This document shows, in pieces, positions 15,997 to 28,364 of a stretch of 64,000 nucleotides of DNA. The translations under genes were made by a program, and so were the position numbers. Every line of letters begins with the position of its first letter. Position 1 is the stretch's first letter. This DNA comes from Calcarisporiella thermophila CBS 279.70 (taxonomy: Eukaryota; Fungi; Calcarisporiellomycota): the NCBI RefSeq assembly GCF_041956535.1, contig NW_027192194.1:341444-405443 (forward strand). The letters are read 5' to 3'. The notes under the pieces are model-generated. The model was not told the DNA's origin. It ran no database searches and was given only the letters and a program-made list of their open reading frames with translations.

Positions 15997-18900
15997 ATGG
16001 TTCAAGAGACCACCCTTGCAAATGGAACTACCGTGCGAGTAAACGGTATTATATCTAATATGTTCCTTTCCTGCAGAATACCTATGATGTTATAATAATT
16101 TTACCTATAAATTAATATTCACTCATAACTTCAACGAAAATAGATCACGTCTACCTCCTCCCTGAGCATCACACAGAACCTTACTATATTGGGCGCATCA
16201 TGGAATTTGTCAAGCTACCCCAAAATAAAGAGCTTCAAGCTCGCATCGCCTGGTTCTATCGTCTTAAGGACGTGTTTCATCGTAAACACTATGATTCCCG
16301 GCAGCTCGTTGCGACTATGCATTCAGATCTTAATCCTGTGAGCAGTATCCGCGGAAAATGCGTCGTGACTCACCAGCATTACATTACGGATTTAGATGCG
16401 TATCGACATCTTGATGACCACTTTTATTACTCTCAACTACTTGATCGGTACATTCAGCGTTTGTTCGAAGTCCTTCCGTGCGAAACAGTAAGGAATGTTC
16501 CTATGCACATCTCGAAAGCACTCAGGGAAAGGTATCAATATATTGTTGTGGAACCAAGCAAGGCTGCAGATTTCACAACGGCTCATGTGGAATGTACTGT
16601 GTGCGGGAAATGGTGCGCTAGGTAAAGAGTCCAAGTAAACGCAATTATTAGAGCAAATTCACTAAAATATCTCTTTTTTTTTTAAAGTAATGAGGCTCTA
16701 CGCTGTGTATCCTGCAACAATAACTACCATCTCTCCTGTTTGAATCCCCCCATAGCTAAAAAACCTTCAAAAGGCTTTGCCTGGCAATGTGCATGGTGCT
16801 CTAAAAAGGATCTTGATCGTATTGCGCAGAACACTGCTGCAGGAGTAATGGCCCCTGCTCCACCTGATCCTCATCCATCTACCGGCCCTGCAACACCTAC
16901 TAGAATATCGCGGCAAGCAACACCGACGCCAGAATCGAACCGATCATCGCCTGCAACAAGCCATCCAACTCCATCTGGAAGAAGGGGGCGCCATTCTCTC
17001 GGTCAAAAGCATAAAAAATGTAGGTTAAAGTTTAGGTCTGTGATTAATCCCGCTAATTACTATTATTTTGAAGGTATTGTAAACCGAACCACTACTACGG
17101 AAACGATGTCACATGGGTGGCCATTTCGCTATTTCGGCATTCATTGCCATATCAACGATATCTTGGGTAAGCATTTATTAGAAATAGACTGTATTACTTT
17201 ATATTTATGAGTATTTTCTCCTAATAGATGATGACGATCGCATATACCCTCGTGCCGCAAGCCGAATAGGAACAAAATATCAAGCAGTTGTCCCGGATTG
17301 GTGCGAAACTAATTCATCTCAGGATGCGGCAACGCCTTCGTTCTCTATGGAAAAATCGGGGAGGAGCAGAAAATCTAAAGTAGAAAAAGGTGCTTCCAAG
17401 GCCAAATCAAGCACACCAATCGAGGGTAATTTACTGTAGTTAATATTACAATCCAATTTTAACATTTTTTTCTTTTGTATTTATTAGCCATTCCAGTTAG
17501 AGGGACGGAGGAAACAGTCGAAGTTATATATAAAAAACCTGATGATCTTCCTTTAGAAATTGGTGAGTGTGCAATGCGCCCTTCAACCTATAAATATGAG
17601 GATAGCCTTTCGAATAATGGTTTAATTCTTTTGTAGTTGAGAATTATATGGATACTGTTAAAAATCTTAGTCTCCCTCTTCCTCCATATTCGGTTGATCT
17701 ACTAGATCGTGCACTTCATGAGCTTCAAAAACACGAATATAAGGTAGATACGTGTCTTTCCGATATAAGGGCTCTGACAGCCCAAGATCTTGGGGTGGTG
17801 GATTGGACCCGAGAGGAAATCGATGCATTCGAAAATGCAGTGCGTACTTATGGGCACGAAATTACTCGCGTTGCAAGATTTATACCAACAAAAAAAGTGG
17901 CAGATGTGGTGAGATTTTTTTATAGATGGAAAAAAACCGATCGATATGAACTGGTATATTCGGAGTACACTAAAATTCATAAGCCTCAGTATGTTGTCTA
18001 TGCTTATCTTACATTTTATGCGATCTCCTTAACATCTGCTTATCCATCATTAGAAAAAAATTTAAGAGACGTAATGCTGATGGCTCCTACGCCGACAACC
18101 TACAACCAATGGCAATTGATTCAGGAAGTGAGAGCGAGGATCCAACAGTGGCTCCTTCACATTGGGGTTCTGCACACCAGTGCGCCAATTGCCTCACCAC
18201 GACCTCTACCATCTGGCGTAGAGCTCCTCCCGATACTATTCGCAAAACGGCCTCAAGACGGAAACCGGTGCTCTGCGATGTATGCGGGATGTATTGGTTA
18301 AAGCATGGAGAACCACGGCCAGTAGAGCTTGAGTCCTCGAAAGGAAAGAAGAATGAAGGGAGAGGAGGATACAGGCGGAGGAAAGAAAATGATACTCCCA
18401 ACAGGAAGAAAGAGGTGAGCGTTAATCGCGAATACTTGATTAATAAGCATTTGATAAAACTTTGGCCCTATTTAGAAACGATCCCACTCTCCCTCCCCTC
18501 CACCCCCTTCTCCGTGCTCCGTTTGTGGAATATTAGAGGCTAAGTCGAATCCGCTTCTCACCTGTCATGATTGTGGATTATCTGTCCACACAGAGTGTTA
18601 TGGGGTTTCGTCCAAGCCGCAGAGTCGATGGATTTGCGACATGTGCAAGAATGACAAAGAACCAGTTGTGTCAACGGTAGGCACTCCATATTCCACACTA
18701 ATTTTGTACATAACACTAATATAGTTTTCATTTGAGCAGTCGTACAGCTGTGTTCTCTGTCGTAAACCCTGGAACAGCCCGCACCAAGCGCTTAAGAAAA
18801 CTGCGGGCAATAATTGGGCCCATGTCCTTTGCGCAATATGGATGCCCGAAGTCAAATTTGGCAATACAGCGTCACTTGAGCCTGTGGAGTGCATAGGCAT

Positions 18901-19492
18901 GATCCATACGTCGCGGTGGAAACAGACATGTTGTATTTGCCATGCAACAGGGGGAGCGACAGTGTCTTGTGACATTTGTCGCAAGGCGGTTCACTCAATG
19001 TGTGCGATGGAAGCAAAATGGAAAGTGGCGTTTGAAATGCAGCCAGTCAAATCGACAAAGCAAGTGACAGTGATAGGCGCTGGACACTTTGCGGCGGGAG
19101 GAGGTTGGATGGTTCCAAGGGTCTGGTGCCCTGAGCATGACACGGGAAAGCTACGAATTGTTAACATACATGAGGTGGATAATGAGACCGGGCATAGTGC
19201 AATCCATACTTATGTAACCCAGTACAAGCACTTTGATACCTCTTCAACGGGCGCTATGCGCAAGGCCCGTTTGGTCACTTCCGCGCAATCCTCTCGGCGT
19301 CTATCGGTCAAAAGACAGGTGGAATATGTGCAACGCCACACTTGTCGAGATTGTGGGACGGATGCATCTCCATACTGGTGGGATTATTCTGAATCGGAGA
19401 ACACTCCGGATCTTCCTGGGAAATCGATGTGCGTAGAAAAGCTGTGTCATTTGTGTTGGTGGAGTAAGACGCATTCAAAATCCCTAAGCTGA
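15997..19492 (+). CDS. SNT2: Snt2-like chromatin protein (BAH, PHD, ELM2-SANT, GATA-like Zn finger, PHD/ePHD)
   Basis: BAH EPYYIGRIMEF...DSRQLVATMHSD; PHD CTVC..CVSC..HLSC..KKPSKGFAWQC; DDRIYPRAASRIG; SANT WTREEIDAFENAV; CANC..LCDVC; ePHD ALKKTAGNNWAHVLCAIWMPEV. Confidence 0.9.
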
Positions 19493-19856
19493 ATCGAATA
19501 GGGTCGTATATATAATTTTCTTATATAACACACTTTTTTTTTTATCATTTTCTTTCTCATTTTTCACCTATCACTCTTCGCAATAGTATTCTGTTTCTAT
19601 ATTTTTATAAAATGCAATTTAATTTATAGTATGTTCATTCATGTTGGATTTCCAGCTCCGATGCAACATTAAGTATTTGATACCTCTCCTAATTTATGTG
19701 CATAAGAAAGATAAAATAGCAGATGTTGAAGAGTGAAGGAGGCAGATATACATTGAGAAACGCGATATTAAGGTTGTATACGCGAAAATAGATATCAAAA
19801 TAATAGTTTGCGAGAATCATACAAAGGTCAATAGATAAATGGTAGAGGAGACAGGT

Positions 19857-21236
19857 TTAGATTCTGGAAGGGGCCTCGCCTACTTCAACCACCGACACTA
19901 CATTGTTCATTATGCCGCGCATGTTCCACCACCCGCTCTCGGGTTGCACATTTCCCCGCGAGTCAATAGCTTGTGCCAAAACCTTTGCCCCGGGTTTTAG
20001 GTGCATTCGAGCTTTCCAGATAACCCAACCCCATGCACGACCATCTTTCTCATCAGCTTGCCCATCTAATTCGGCGCAAACCCAAGAGTTGCCACCATCG
20101 GGAGAAACTCGAACCTCTAATACTTTCGCACCACCACCAGAATAGGCATATCCGCGCACAGTGTACGGCGAGCCGCCTCGAGGTAGTAAAGTACCCGAGT
20201 GTGGGGAGCAAATGACGCATTGGATATTGCATTCTTGGAGAGCAGGTCTTTTGCACCACTCCGTTGCCGCCTGCTCCTCATTTAGAACCTTACAAAAAAA
20301 TTAGTAAGCACACTGAATCTGAAGAGTCTAAAAGGAGATGTATTACATTTTGGGGTAGTATTTTATAGTCTCTCTTCTGCCAATATGACGAGGATTCATC
20401 GGCTTGAACTTTGATTTTAGCCAGGTACTTAACGGATCGAGCCCCGATAAATCCTATTGATACCATTATAAGCTGGTTTACCCTCGATTGCAAAGTGCGA
20501 TTGCAATGCTCACCTGGGACTATAGCGCGCACTGGATAACCGTGTTCCAAGGTTAACGGTGCACCATTCATCTCATAAGCGAGAATTACGTCTCCAGCTG
20601 GATCCATCGCCTTGGATAGAGGAATGGAGGCTTCGTACTTCTCCCCCTCTTCACACATATCACAACCTTCAAACGCAACATGGTGGGATAAATTGTAGTT
20701 TATCCCACAGCTAAGTAGCACATCACATAACCTACATCCCTGAAGCGAAATTGAACATTAATGTACAATCAAAAATCCATTCAGAGTTGGAGAGTACCTT
20801 CCACACCGCATTTCCAATGGCACCCTCTCCCCAAAGAAGACCGGAGACCTTACGAATTTTATTCATGCTCTCACGTCTGTTCCCTGCACACTTTACATCA
20901 CATTTAAGATATTTTGAAACTTCACGGGTGCGAAAAACGGTTAAAATGGTTATTACCCACCTGCAATGCAACAGTTACCTCAACCTGCTGATAATTTTGT
21001 TTCAATTCCACCAATGTTAGCTTTTTCATTAGCTTGCCGCCCACCAATATCTCCACTTCATGTTTGGAAGAATCTAGTCGAGGCATCGGTCCATGATTTC
21101 GGACAAAGAAATGAGGGAGAGAGGTAATGACTCCTGCGGTCAAACTATCAAGGCATCGTGGCTCAGCATTGTATGGAGAGGCCGCGCGTATCTGAAGATT
21201 GGAGCAATCTTTTTGCTTGGGAAAATGACCAGACAT
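19857..21236 (-). CDS. Sulfite oxidase (Moco and dimerisation domains, no cytochrome b5 domain)
   Basis: PYNAEP, FFVRNHG, LQCAGNRR (Mo-ligating Cys), WGEGAIGNA, AYEMNG.PL..EHGYPVR, GARSVK, RGYAYSGGG, WNMRG; ends SRI*. Confidence 0.9.
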
Positions 21237-21617
21237 GATGAATATAGATGGGGAAAAGGGATGCTATATTAAGAAAACTTCAACAAAAATTGAATTTCCT
21301 GCGGATTCATACTCCTGAGTTATATCCAAATCAAAGCGAACCTAAATTTTGACACTTTTATCCTACTACGTGGAATTGTCCATTACATCACATCGAACCT
21401 TTTTCCTAAATGCCCAGCGGTAAAACTATAGAGTCGCTGAGGTCTTTTTGCCCCTATTGTGAGGTTGTATTGAGCAGGCGACTCATCTTTAGACACGAGA
21501 AGCTTTCTTCAAGAGTTTTGAGGATAAATAATAAGGCTATTTAAAAGTCTCTGACGTCAAACTCAGAGTTCGCACAAGCAGTCCACAATATACAACGATA
21601 AATTGTTACAAAGCAAT

Positions 21618-22641
21618 CTATTCCCACACCAAAGCCCCATGCTCGTTCACTTGAGCGGTCCTCTCTTCCCTCTGCTTGTTGGACCAATGATTCTCAAGGG
21701 GGACCACCGGCTTTCGTCCCGCCCCTCGTGCGAAAAACTCTTTGATCCTTTCGTTCTCCAGCGCTCGCTTATGCGCAGCAAGTCGCGCAGCTTGAACCTC
21801 GTCTGCCTGCTGTTTGAGCTCCTTTTTGCGCTGTGCGCGCAATTGGTTCTCGCGCTGCTTCTTTGTGAGTAGTTGGGGAGCTGGATTAGTACTCGCACGA
21901 ACGTGTGGAACTATTTTAGAGTACGGGTAATGGTGGGAAATGTAGGAGGGTTATTGCACTGCCGCATTATTCAACGCTCATAAACTTACCAGTGTGTACA
22001 CGGCCCCAGCCGGGCTCTACGGGCTCTTCTATTCTCTGCACTGGCTTCTCAGACTTGATCCTTAAAACTCTTGCATAGTGCACATTTTCTACATCCATAT
22101 GGGGGTCAATCTCGTGCACTTTCTCATCCTTCTTCATCGCAATTGATTGCAAAGAGGATGGCTCCTTTCTTTCTGGGTTCTCTGAAACTAGTGAAGTAGG
22201 GGATGTCACTACACTAGAATCTCGACTGGGAGTAGTTATCAAGCCTTTGCCATCCTTATCTTCGACTAATTTCCTGGTGAATTTCTCTATTGGCACCTGC
22301 GAAAGATGTTTTTCGTTGGTGGATAATTGATCCTGAGCCAAGCTCGGTTCGTTCGAGCGACAAGCATTTTCCTTGTGTTTAGCTGTCGATACAGAAGATT
22401 TAGAATTATCTGCACATTTCTCTGGCTCTGCCGACTGCTCTTGTTCTAATTTCCCATCCTCTTGCTGGGAACGAGCCTGATTCCCTTTTCTTTTCTTTTT
22501 CTTTTTTGATTTTGATTTTTTCACATCATCGATCGCCTGATGATGTGTTTGTGAGGTCTTAGTATTCTCCTGACGGATAATGTAAAATATAAAAAATGGG
22601 AGAAGAAGAATAATCGATAAAAGAATGGCAGAACTAGACAT
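21618..22641 (-). CDS. Single-pass membrane protein with Lys-rich juxtamembrane segment and C-terminal helical domain
   Basis: N-terminal TM (AILLSIILLLPFFIFYII), KKSKSKKKKKRK, intron 21911-21989, LTKKQRENQLRAQRKKE...ARLAAHKRALE; ends GALVWE. Confidence 0.75.
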
Positions 22642-22736
22642 CACAACGTGAGAACAAAAGGGATGCCACCGAACCTAGTATAGTAAGTATTGGAGGGGAA
22701 TAAGGAGATTTATAGTGAGCAATCCTCCAGTGTAAG

Positions 22737-22744
22737 CAGTCACA
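22737..22744. promoter_or_regulatory. Homol-D-like box CAGTCACA
   Basis: Exact octamer ~95 nt upstream of the ATG at 22641. Confidence 0.35.
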
Positions 22745-23023
22745 ATTCATTTAATTATTTTTTTGGAATTGTTCAAAACGAGTATAATATGCACTTTTTA
22801 GACAAGAATATTCTCCTTATTATTATTAAACAAGTACATTATCTATCACTACTTTGAATGAGATTGCATGGAGTTTAATTTCCTCTGCGTAACATGGAGA
22901 TAACTGCTTAAATTGTAACATATTCACTCAAGCATAAAACATGCTATTGAAAACAAATCAAGTGCAAATGGGAACAACTACTACAGGGATAGGAAGTGAA
23001 GAAAAAAAACTTTTATATTATAA

Positions 23024-25164
23024 TTACATGTAATCGTCATCATACCTCCGAAACTGTAGATAGAAAAATAAAGTGAAAGCCCCCATGACCACCGATTCAA
23101 ATGCATATACCCATAAGATTTGAGGGTCTACAGACCAGATTGCGAGCAGTAACCCAATGAGCGACCCCAAAGCATTGGTAAAAAGGAAGAGCGAAATGAC
23201 AACAGATCTAATCGAGTAAGTGTAAGTGTTACTGCTGGAGCGAACTCATTTTGTTCTTCAACCTACTTTAGCTCGGGAGTTGCGGCTTGATATGCAAACT
23301 CAAGTCCAGTAATAGACGAGAATAACTCAGAAGTCGCAATTAACACATACGGAATTATTAGCCACCATATTGAGATGTGGTTTACAGGCATTGTTCCTGG
23401 AATGATGTTGCTTATATTGGTGAAGTTGTAATAAGGTGGAGAGTTGTACACAGCTGCTTGCAAAATGGTGACTGTTTCATAAACAAGCAACGCTGATGTC
23501 AAGGAATCATAAGATCTCTATAATAAAGAGCGATAATACCATAAAGAAAGCATATCGAAGTAATCCCAAACCCAATGGATATGCGGGTGATATGACCAAA
23601 TTTGAAACCGCGATTGTGGAGAAAGGGGAAAATCAAAATGTCAAAAATTGGGATAATAATAACCAACACCATGCTGAATAACAAAATGCAATTAGAGCAT
23701 ATATTTTCCAATACTAGGCTTTTTCTTACCTATTAAACACGTTGAGCTGCTCTGGACCGAGCCACGCTGGCCTTTGCATATGGAGTCCCATCGTCACAAA
23801 CTATTGAGTAGAAAAACCTTGTAGGAAAAAATGGCAGAGCAGAAAACTATATTTACGGGCTCACATTATCAAACATCTATAACCTCTACAAGTTAATCTC
23901 GAGTATTAGCCTTCTTTTTTCTTCGTAAAAAGAGACTTACATTATTGTAGAGCGCCCAATATATCGGGTATATCATAAACACTTTGCAAGCTAACCGTTA
24001 AAAATAAATCACTGTTGGGGTGAAAAAGAAGAAAAAAAATCTAATTTGTACATACCTTTTAGAGTGAGCTTGAGATCGTCTACGAATTGGTTATTCCATT
24101 CTAAACATTCATCATCTGACTTGGCATAGTCAAGCCAAGTATATCTTTTCTCCGGGCAAGAGTGATCTTTTCTGAGGCAATAGCCACATGAACTATCATG
24201 TGTTCGCTTAGCAGCAATGGCGTAACGCATGCAATGTAAAACTTTGCGAAGGATCGATCCCCCTGGCGGAGTCATCTATTTACAAGATGGTTACCGGTAT
24301 TCAGACCCCGGGGCTAAATAAAGTACGAACAACGTAGCTCTTCTTGTCGAAAATGAATACGATAATTCCAACGGCGAATATGACGGTCGGAACCAAGTAC
24401 GCATACTCGAACCCCTTGTTATTAGCTAGGAATGGACAGATCACTAAACAAAAGAAAAACAGGTTAGAGATGTTTATCGAAAGGCGCAGATATGTACATT
24501 GTCCCAGGAGTGCTCCGATATTAATAGACCAGTAGAAATAACGGAAAACGCGCTCCAACGTCAACTTATGATCGTGTATGACACGTTTATTTAGCACCTT
24601 TTCATCGGCGGGGACTTGTTCAGCTGCAAACGCTGATACATTTGCCTTTATTCCACCCGTCCCAAATGAGATGAAAGCGTACAGAGAAGTGTAGAAGCCT
24701 AGATGGCGAAAAATATCTGGCAAGTCAGGTAATGCTGATATGGTCAACAGGATAAGTCCTAGCAAATAGTATGCGCAGAAGAAAAGACACACGCGATATC
24801 TTCCAAACCACTGATCGGCTAATACCGCGCCGAGTATGGTTGTTGTATATGCAAGAAAGATAAAACCTCGATTAATGGCAGTGGAGACATCCGGTGGGAG
24901 AAAAAGTTTCTCTATCATATAATGCTGGAAAAGTGTGGATGCACCATAGTAAGCGCTGCGCTCTGCAAACTCGAGGACTACTATGGTGAATACTGAACGA
25001 GGCAGTGGGCCAGCCACACGCGTAAATTTGCATTCATCTCCATCGAATCCATTCTCATCCTCTTCATCAAAGGATTCCCTGGTTGTAGATATTAGATATG
25101 TAGAGGAGGGATCTTTGTGGAGAAATTTGCCACTTGAATCAGTTTCATCTAATTCAATGTCCAT
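23024..25164 (-). CDS. PTR2: POT/PTR family proton-dependent oligopeptide transporter
   Basis: ExxER motif (EFAERSAYYG), GAVLADQWFGRY, GTGGIKANVSAF, FYWSINIGA, ELFSSITGLEFAY; multiple introns, including a 12-nt microexon. Confidence 0.93.
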
Positions 25165-26039
25165 CTAGTCAAAGATTTAATAATTGGTGTTGATGTAACC
25201 TTGGAGGCTGTTCAGGCATGGGCGGCCAATCGATTGATTTTTTTATTTTACTCTAGATAGTTTTGTGATCGAAGATCAAGCAATAAAAGCGCTTCCTTAT
25301 TGTAAAAACTCTCTACTATTTCAAGGAATGTTTTATTTTCCGTCCATCGAGGTTGGCCAGCGCATTAAAGCGATAAAGCTTTTTCCGGGCCATTATCTCA
25401 TCAACAGGAGGATTCGCTACGCACCGCTATTCAAGTGGGAATGCGAAGGGGATAGCCCTGAGGCGAGCAATTATCCCTCGAGATATTTCCCGTTGGAGAG
25501 GAGTTGCTTATGCTTCCCCATGCTCTTTCAGGATCCCCTCCCGTGGGGATCTTTATGCTTTGCACGCGCCAATTGCCATATATTCTAGCGGCCTAGCTGT
25601 TATTCGCACGAAGTTATTTTCGGGTTTTTGGCTCTGAGAAAGGAGGTTCCCATTTCGTACCACAACCCCTTTCTCGAACACAAGCGATCATAGGGAAATC
25701 CTCGAATGTATGAAACTGTGGTCTCACCTCTCCATTTTTGCGTCTTCGATTTGTCGGCCTCCTCCCCTCGAATCCAATCTTGGCTCGAATCACCCAAAAG
25801 TTAACCCTTAGATCGCACGGGTGGCCGACTCGACTCCATCCAACTGTAAAATTGTCATCCTGACCTCGGCTCCTTTATGAAGCTCACCCGTTTATATATA
25901 TCACGCATTATTAGCTGGCTTTTCTTTCTCATTTTTTTATTTCTGCACCCAAAGTTCTCTTTCTCTCTTTCTCTTTTATTCTCCTTACTCTCGTTTTGTT
26001 TTATCATTCCTTCTTTCGCTCTCCTTCATTTCGTATCTG

Positions 26040-28054
26040 ATGGGTGAAAAGGGGAAGAACAAATTGATTACAGCAACCGTTGGGCTCTTCATGGTCCTTG
26101 GGCTGCTGCCCTCGCTGGTCGCAGGACATGGACGCATGGTAGGTTTTTCGTCCCACCTAGTCTCCTAGTCTCTTAGTCTCCATGCTGAACTTCGTTAACC
26201 GTTTTTCTCTGCCTCTAGACTAACCCCCCTCCTCGCATCAAATCTGGCGACTCTGCTGCAAATGATTTCATTGGCACGGAAGGACCCTCCGAAAACTTCC
26301 CATGCCAAGGTCTCCGTTCTGGTGCCATCAAGGCTGCGTTCACCGAAGGCCAAACGATCCCACTCAAATGGCACATTTCAATTGCACATGATGGTAAATA
26401 TCGTCTGTTGTTGTGCAATCTTCTTTTTGTTTTTCTCTCCTCGATGTCAAGACGGTAGTTCTGATGTCATATTGCTTCTCTTCTAGGTCCCTGCCAGTTT
26501 GAGCTTTCACCAACGGGTGACAGTGGATTTCAAAACGGAAAGTTCATCTCTCTACTGCGCATTGAGAAGTGCGCGGAGACAGTGGGTGATTTTGAACGGC
26601 AAGTGACATTGCCCCAAGGAGTAGCTTGCCAAAAATGTACAATGCGATTCCGCTGGCTTGCTCAGTTGCCCGCCAAACCATACCTCAACTGCGCAGATGT
26701 CACTATTCGTCCCGGCAATGGTGGCGGCGGTGGTGGAGGCGGTGGCAACGGTGGCAACGGTGGCAACCGTCAACAAGGTTTTGGTCAAGGGCAAAGACAG
26801 CAGGGCGGTGGTCGCGTTGCAGGCCAGCGCGGGCAATTCAACAGTGGACAACGTCAGCAAGGACGGTCAAATCGAGTCGGTCCGCGTGACTTAATCGCGA
26901 GTGAAGCCTCCGATGTAGAGCATCTTTTGTTCACTGACTCTGCCCTAGATACTTCGCTTGAACGTCGTGACCTGGAACCCCGTGCCAGACGAGGTGGTAG
27001 GAAGGGTGGAGCCAGGAAGGCTGGCGGCGCAGGAGGCAAGAAGAAGGGTGGTGGTGGAGGCAAGAAGAAGGGCGGAGGTGGTGGTGGTGCTGCCGCTGCT
27101 GCTGCCAAGAGAAAAGCCGCCGCTGCCAATGCTAAAAAGAAGGCTGCCGCTGCCGCTGCCGCCAAGCAGAAACAGGACGCTGCAAAGAACCAGGGTGGAA
27201 ATGATGCTGCTGCTGCTGCCGGTGGTGATAACGGTCAACTCAAATCGACTAACGGACTCGAACTTGAAACTTTCCTCAAACGCAGTGATCTTGCAGAACG
27301 ACAATTCCCAGGAAGACAACGAAAACAAGCGGCTGCAGCAAAAAAGACAGGTGGTGCAGCTAGGAAAGCGGGCGGTGCTGCGAGGAAAGCAGGAGGAGGT
27401 GCTGGTGGTGCTAAGAAAGCTGCTGCTGGCGGCAAAGGGAAAAAGAAAGGAAGCGCAGGAGCCAAAGCGAAAAAGGGAGGCGCCGCTGGTGGTGGAGCTG
27501 GTGCGGCCGGTGCTAAAAAAGTAGGTGGTGGCGGCGGTGGTAGAAATAGGAAAGCAGGAGGGGGTGGTGGCGGCGGCGGTGGTGCTGCCAACGGAAGAAA
27601 CAATAACAGAGCTGCAGGTGGTGGTAACCGAGGAAATGGTGGGCAGTTCAATGACCCCTTCAACAACCCGAATGATCCTTTCAACAATCCCAATGCGGCC
27701 AATGGTGACTTCAGTGGTGACAATTTCGGTGGAGCCGGAGGTGACAATGGTGCTGGGGCTGGGGGCGATCCGTTTAACGACCCTACCAACGGAGGATCCG
27801 GCGGCGGTGGTGGTAACGGTGGCAATGACGGCTTTGGCAACAATGGCAACAATTTCAATGATCCTAATGATCCATTCAACGCTGCCGCAAACGGAGGAGG
27901 GGTCCAAAACGGAGATTTCTCCAACAACCCACTGGATATCGGTGGTGATCAAGAGCGTCGCATTGAAAGACTTAAGGCTGCAGCTGATATTGCCAAGAAT
28001 ATCTTCACCGGCGTTACTGGTATCGTCAATGCGGCTACTGGCAAGGGCAAGTGA
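26040..28054 (+). CDS. Secreted His-brace LPMO-like (AA11/AA15-like) domain fused to a long low-complexity, putatively Kex2-processed tail
   Basis: Exons 26040-26138, 26219-26393, 26487-28054. Signal peptide ...LLPSLVAG|H, then HGRMTNPPPR, FPC, second His in IAHDGPCQ, CQKCTMRFRW, YLNCADVTI. Confidence 0.85.
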
Positions 28055-28364
28055 GCTATTTAGATAAACTCTTCTTTTACGTGTAGTTTTTTTGCATATT
28101 TTCCCCCTACCCTCTACATTTTTTCCACTCTGGAGATCATTTCATTCTTTTACATTCATTCATTCATTCATCTACACACAATATAGTGGTTTCTCAGCTT
28201 TTTCCAAGATTCTGTAATATTATTTCCTTTTTATACAGATAAAACTAGCAAGTGAAATTTTATATACATGACAAGTACACGCTCTCCAACAAACCATAGG
28301 TTAACACACTTATCCTCAAAATGAGTTGGAAAAAAAAAGATAGATCATAAAATAAATCGGCTCA

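Noticed and set aside
17989-18053. SNT2 intron with a TCCTTAAC branch-like sequence
   Set aside because: Donor is GTATGT (U2-type); at most a converted minor intron, which cannot be supported without orthologs.
26552-28067. Multiple long overlapping and antisense ORFs over the Gly/Ala-rich gene
   Set aside because: Shadow ORFs expected from GGN/GCN low-complexity, stop-poor sequence.
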